DNA of 64,000 bases, taken from the NCBI GenBank assembly GCA_964035545.1, contig OZ037765.1, positions 31,371,504-31,435,503 of the forward strand, in the 5' to 3' direction. Positions 59,740 to 64,000 of the stretch are shown here, piece by piece. How positions within the stretch are numbered: the first letter of the stretch is position 1; each line of letters starts with the position of its first letter. The notes beneath the pieces were generated by a model, which was given only the letters and a program-made list of their open reading frames with translations, ran no database searches and was not told the origin of the DNA. The DNA comes from Bugula neritina (lineage: Eukaryota; Animalia; Bryozoa). A program made the translations under genes and the position numbers.

Positions 59740-60633
59740 TACCTCTTCCGGGTTATAGTATAACCTGTAAAATGTATTTAGTATACCAAATCCAATAATT
59801 GAGAGTTGCCTGCTCACCCGAAAATTGCAGATTTCAGGTAGCACAACTTTACAAGCATTTAGAACTGTCTTTTCATTTTGTAGTGCAAACCGAAAAAAAC
59901 TAAATTTTTAAGCACTTATGCTTTACCTATGATCTTTAAAAATTTGAAATAAAAATAGTTTTCTGAGTTTATTCTTAAAGCAAAATTGTAGAATACTGTC
60001 AGCAGAATCTACACTTTGACTTTGTTACTTGCTTTATTTACTTTTTTGCTATTTTTTTCTCATTCTTGTAAATTTTTCATAAGTGTTAAATAAAACAAAA
60101 CAAAACAAACTTAGGTGATGTTATAGTTATACTAATTCACTATAACTTATAGCTATTGTTATTGTAACACTAAACTTATGATTATTATAATAATAATTAA
60201 TATTAATATTATGACACTAAACTTAATGATTATTGAGTATACTTGTAACAACAATTACATGTATAATAATTTAAATTATCCGATTATAGTAATATTTAAG
60301 TTTATTAATTAAATTCAAAATCAAACTTAAACACAATAATTATGACTGTGACAATCGGAACGGATGTTCCCGTGGTAAAACTAAAACTAAAACTAAAAGT
60401 AAATCTCTAGCTCAGTCTAACTCTAAGTCTAAGTGAAAGAATACGTTAATAGCGATAGTTGAATCATGTGAATTGAGAGCCCATCTCAGAAAAAGATAAC
60501 ACTATCTATAAGTATATGCAGCGTGGTATCTCCTCTACCTCTTTGTCCATAAGCATAAGAATAAGATTAGGTATCAGTATTGAGTATGAGTATGCGGCCA
60601 GATGGGCAGGTGAGCAGATAAATCACGCTGGGT

Positions 60634-62583
<1,950 letters not shown>

Positions 62584-64000
62584 CGCTGGGTGAGTAGAGC
62601 GAATTGTTTCAATTTTAATCGCTGCCTTTAGAGTAAGAACCAGTTTGTCTTCAAGCACTTGCGTGATAGGGTGGTTACACTTCAGTCGCCACTTTGTTGT
62701 TTGTATTCATAACATCAGTTTGCAGCTAGCGGTTCTAATTTTATGTATTTTATATTTTCAAACTTAAATTATTATTACCACTGTTGTAAAATCATAATGT
62801 ATTGGGTATTGGATTTAGTGATACTCATAGTCATACTCATACTGATAGTGATACTAATATTCTAACAGATTTACTTTTAGTCATGCTCTTCAACTTTAAG
62901 TTTTACAGTGTTAATAGTCTCTGAACTGAGTACGTTGTCATAACCAGTCATAAAATAAAAATTATTAATAAAGCTAAACCAGATTGAGATTGGGATTATC
63001 ATTAATATTATTATCATCATGATCATCATTAAATCAAAATGAATAACATTTAATTTTATTTTTGCTGTTACAATATAATTCAATATGAATAAAGAATAAT
63101 TATAATGATGACTTGTTATTGATGAAAAAGTTAAATTTTTAGCTAAATTGAAATTGATAAAGTTAAAAGTAGTTGATACTGATACTGAATCTCAATCTGA
63201 TAGTGATAGGCCTGTGGCTGTTTCCTATTGCCTATTGGTATCTAATAATTATTTATGTTTTTGTATTAAGTAATTTTGATATTTAATTTTATATCATTTT
63301 CAATACCATATTTATGTTAATTTAAATTTATGGTACCTGAGACCAATCTCAATATGAATATATATGTTATTTAACTTCAATGAGTATGCAAGCGCCAATA
63401 GTTGTAGTCATGGTTATTTAGCTAGGTGCAGGAATGGAGATTTTTAGGAATTTTTTTTCTGCAAATGCAGTTGAAAGTTCCCATACTTTTGTTTGATTGG
63501 TCAATGTCAATATTTTTTGTTGAGTAAAGAGCTTTAGATAGCTACAAGTGTTGACTGTAGCCTAAAGCACTTAGAATATTATGTGGAAGGGGCTAATTAT
63601 TTGATTTTATTGTTTAATGTGTATTGATACTTTGTCTTTAAGGCTTTCTTAAGCCTTAAATGTATTATATTCAATTGTCCATTGCGTGCAACTAGTAATT
63701 TTCTGTGTTAAGCTAAGTTTCCAAAAAGTAGTGTGGTGCTATTGTTTGAGAGAAGCTGCAGATTTATTAAAGGAAAGCAACTTCTCATGCTACAATGAAC
63801 GCTAAATTCAGGTTATCTTAGAACTTTAAAGTCCATGTTGTTAGATTTTAATGGTAAATATATTTGTATTTGTTGGTTGTGTTCTGTCTGTTGGTTGTGT
63901 TCGACAGTTGCTTGGATGTTTTACACAGAAGTGTAAAATGGTGGGTTTGGTTGATTAAAATTACATGTAAGGCAGGGGCTCTGACAACTGGTAATGTTAT

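Noticed and set aside
62600-64000. Start of a further + strand gene
   Set aside because: The context is promoter-like and there is a possible acceptor at ~63907, but no coding sequence can be supported within the window.

Overview
AT-rich, intron-rich metazoan (invertebrate-like) genomic window; the host cannot be named from sequence alone. Five complete multi-exon genes were assembled by hand with consistent GT-AG phases: AGMO (+), an FBXO4-like F-box gene (-), RPL37 (+), a divergent glycerate-kinase (GLYCTK/MOFRL)-like gene (-), and deoxyhypusine synthase (DHPS, -), which is present in three copies. The 5' part of DUS3L (-) runs off the left edge. The layout fits a tandem duplication of an [RPL37-GLYCTK-DHPS] block with reciprocal loss: the left block keeps RPL37 and only relics of GLYCTK, while the right block keeps GLYCTK and only a relic of RPL37. 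DHPS stayed intact in both blocks. The right copy (C) looks canonical. The left copy (A) keeps the catalytic residues but has many substitutions at conserved positions, including I->V in the IxxxN motif that becomes VxxxD in plant homospermidine synthases, so it is a candidate neofunctionalised animal DHS paralogue. A third, partial copy (B) is disrupted by nested transposons: a deletion-derivative Gypsy LTR element, containing a long-TIR MULE, containing an Academ element, a 1.5 kb (TG)n, a MITE and a Penelope-like fragment with an intact hammerhead ribozyme. Several MITEs, a hAT foldback element, LINE relics, minisatellites and a perfect 76-bp palindrome make up the rest.
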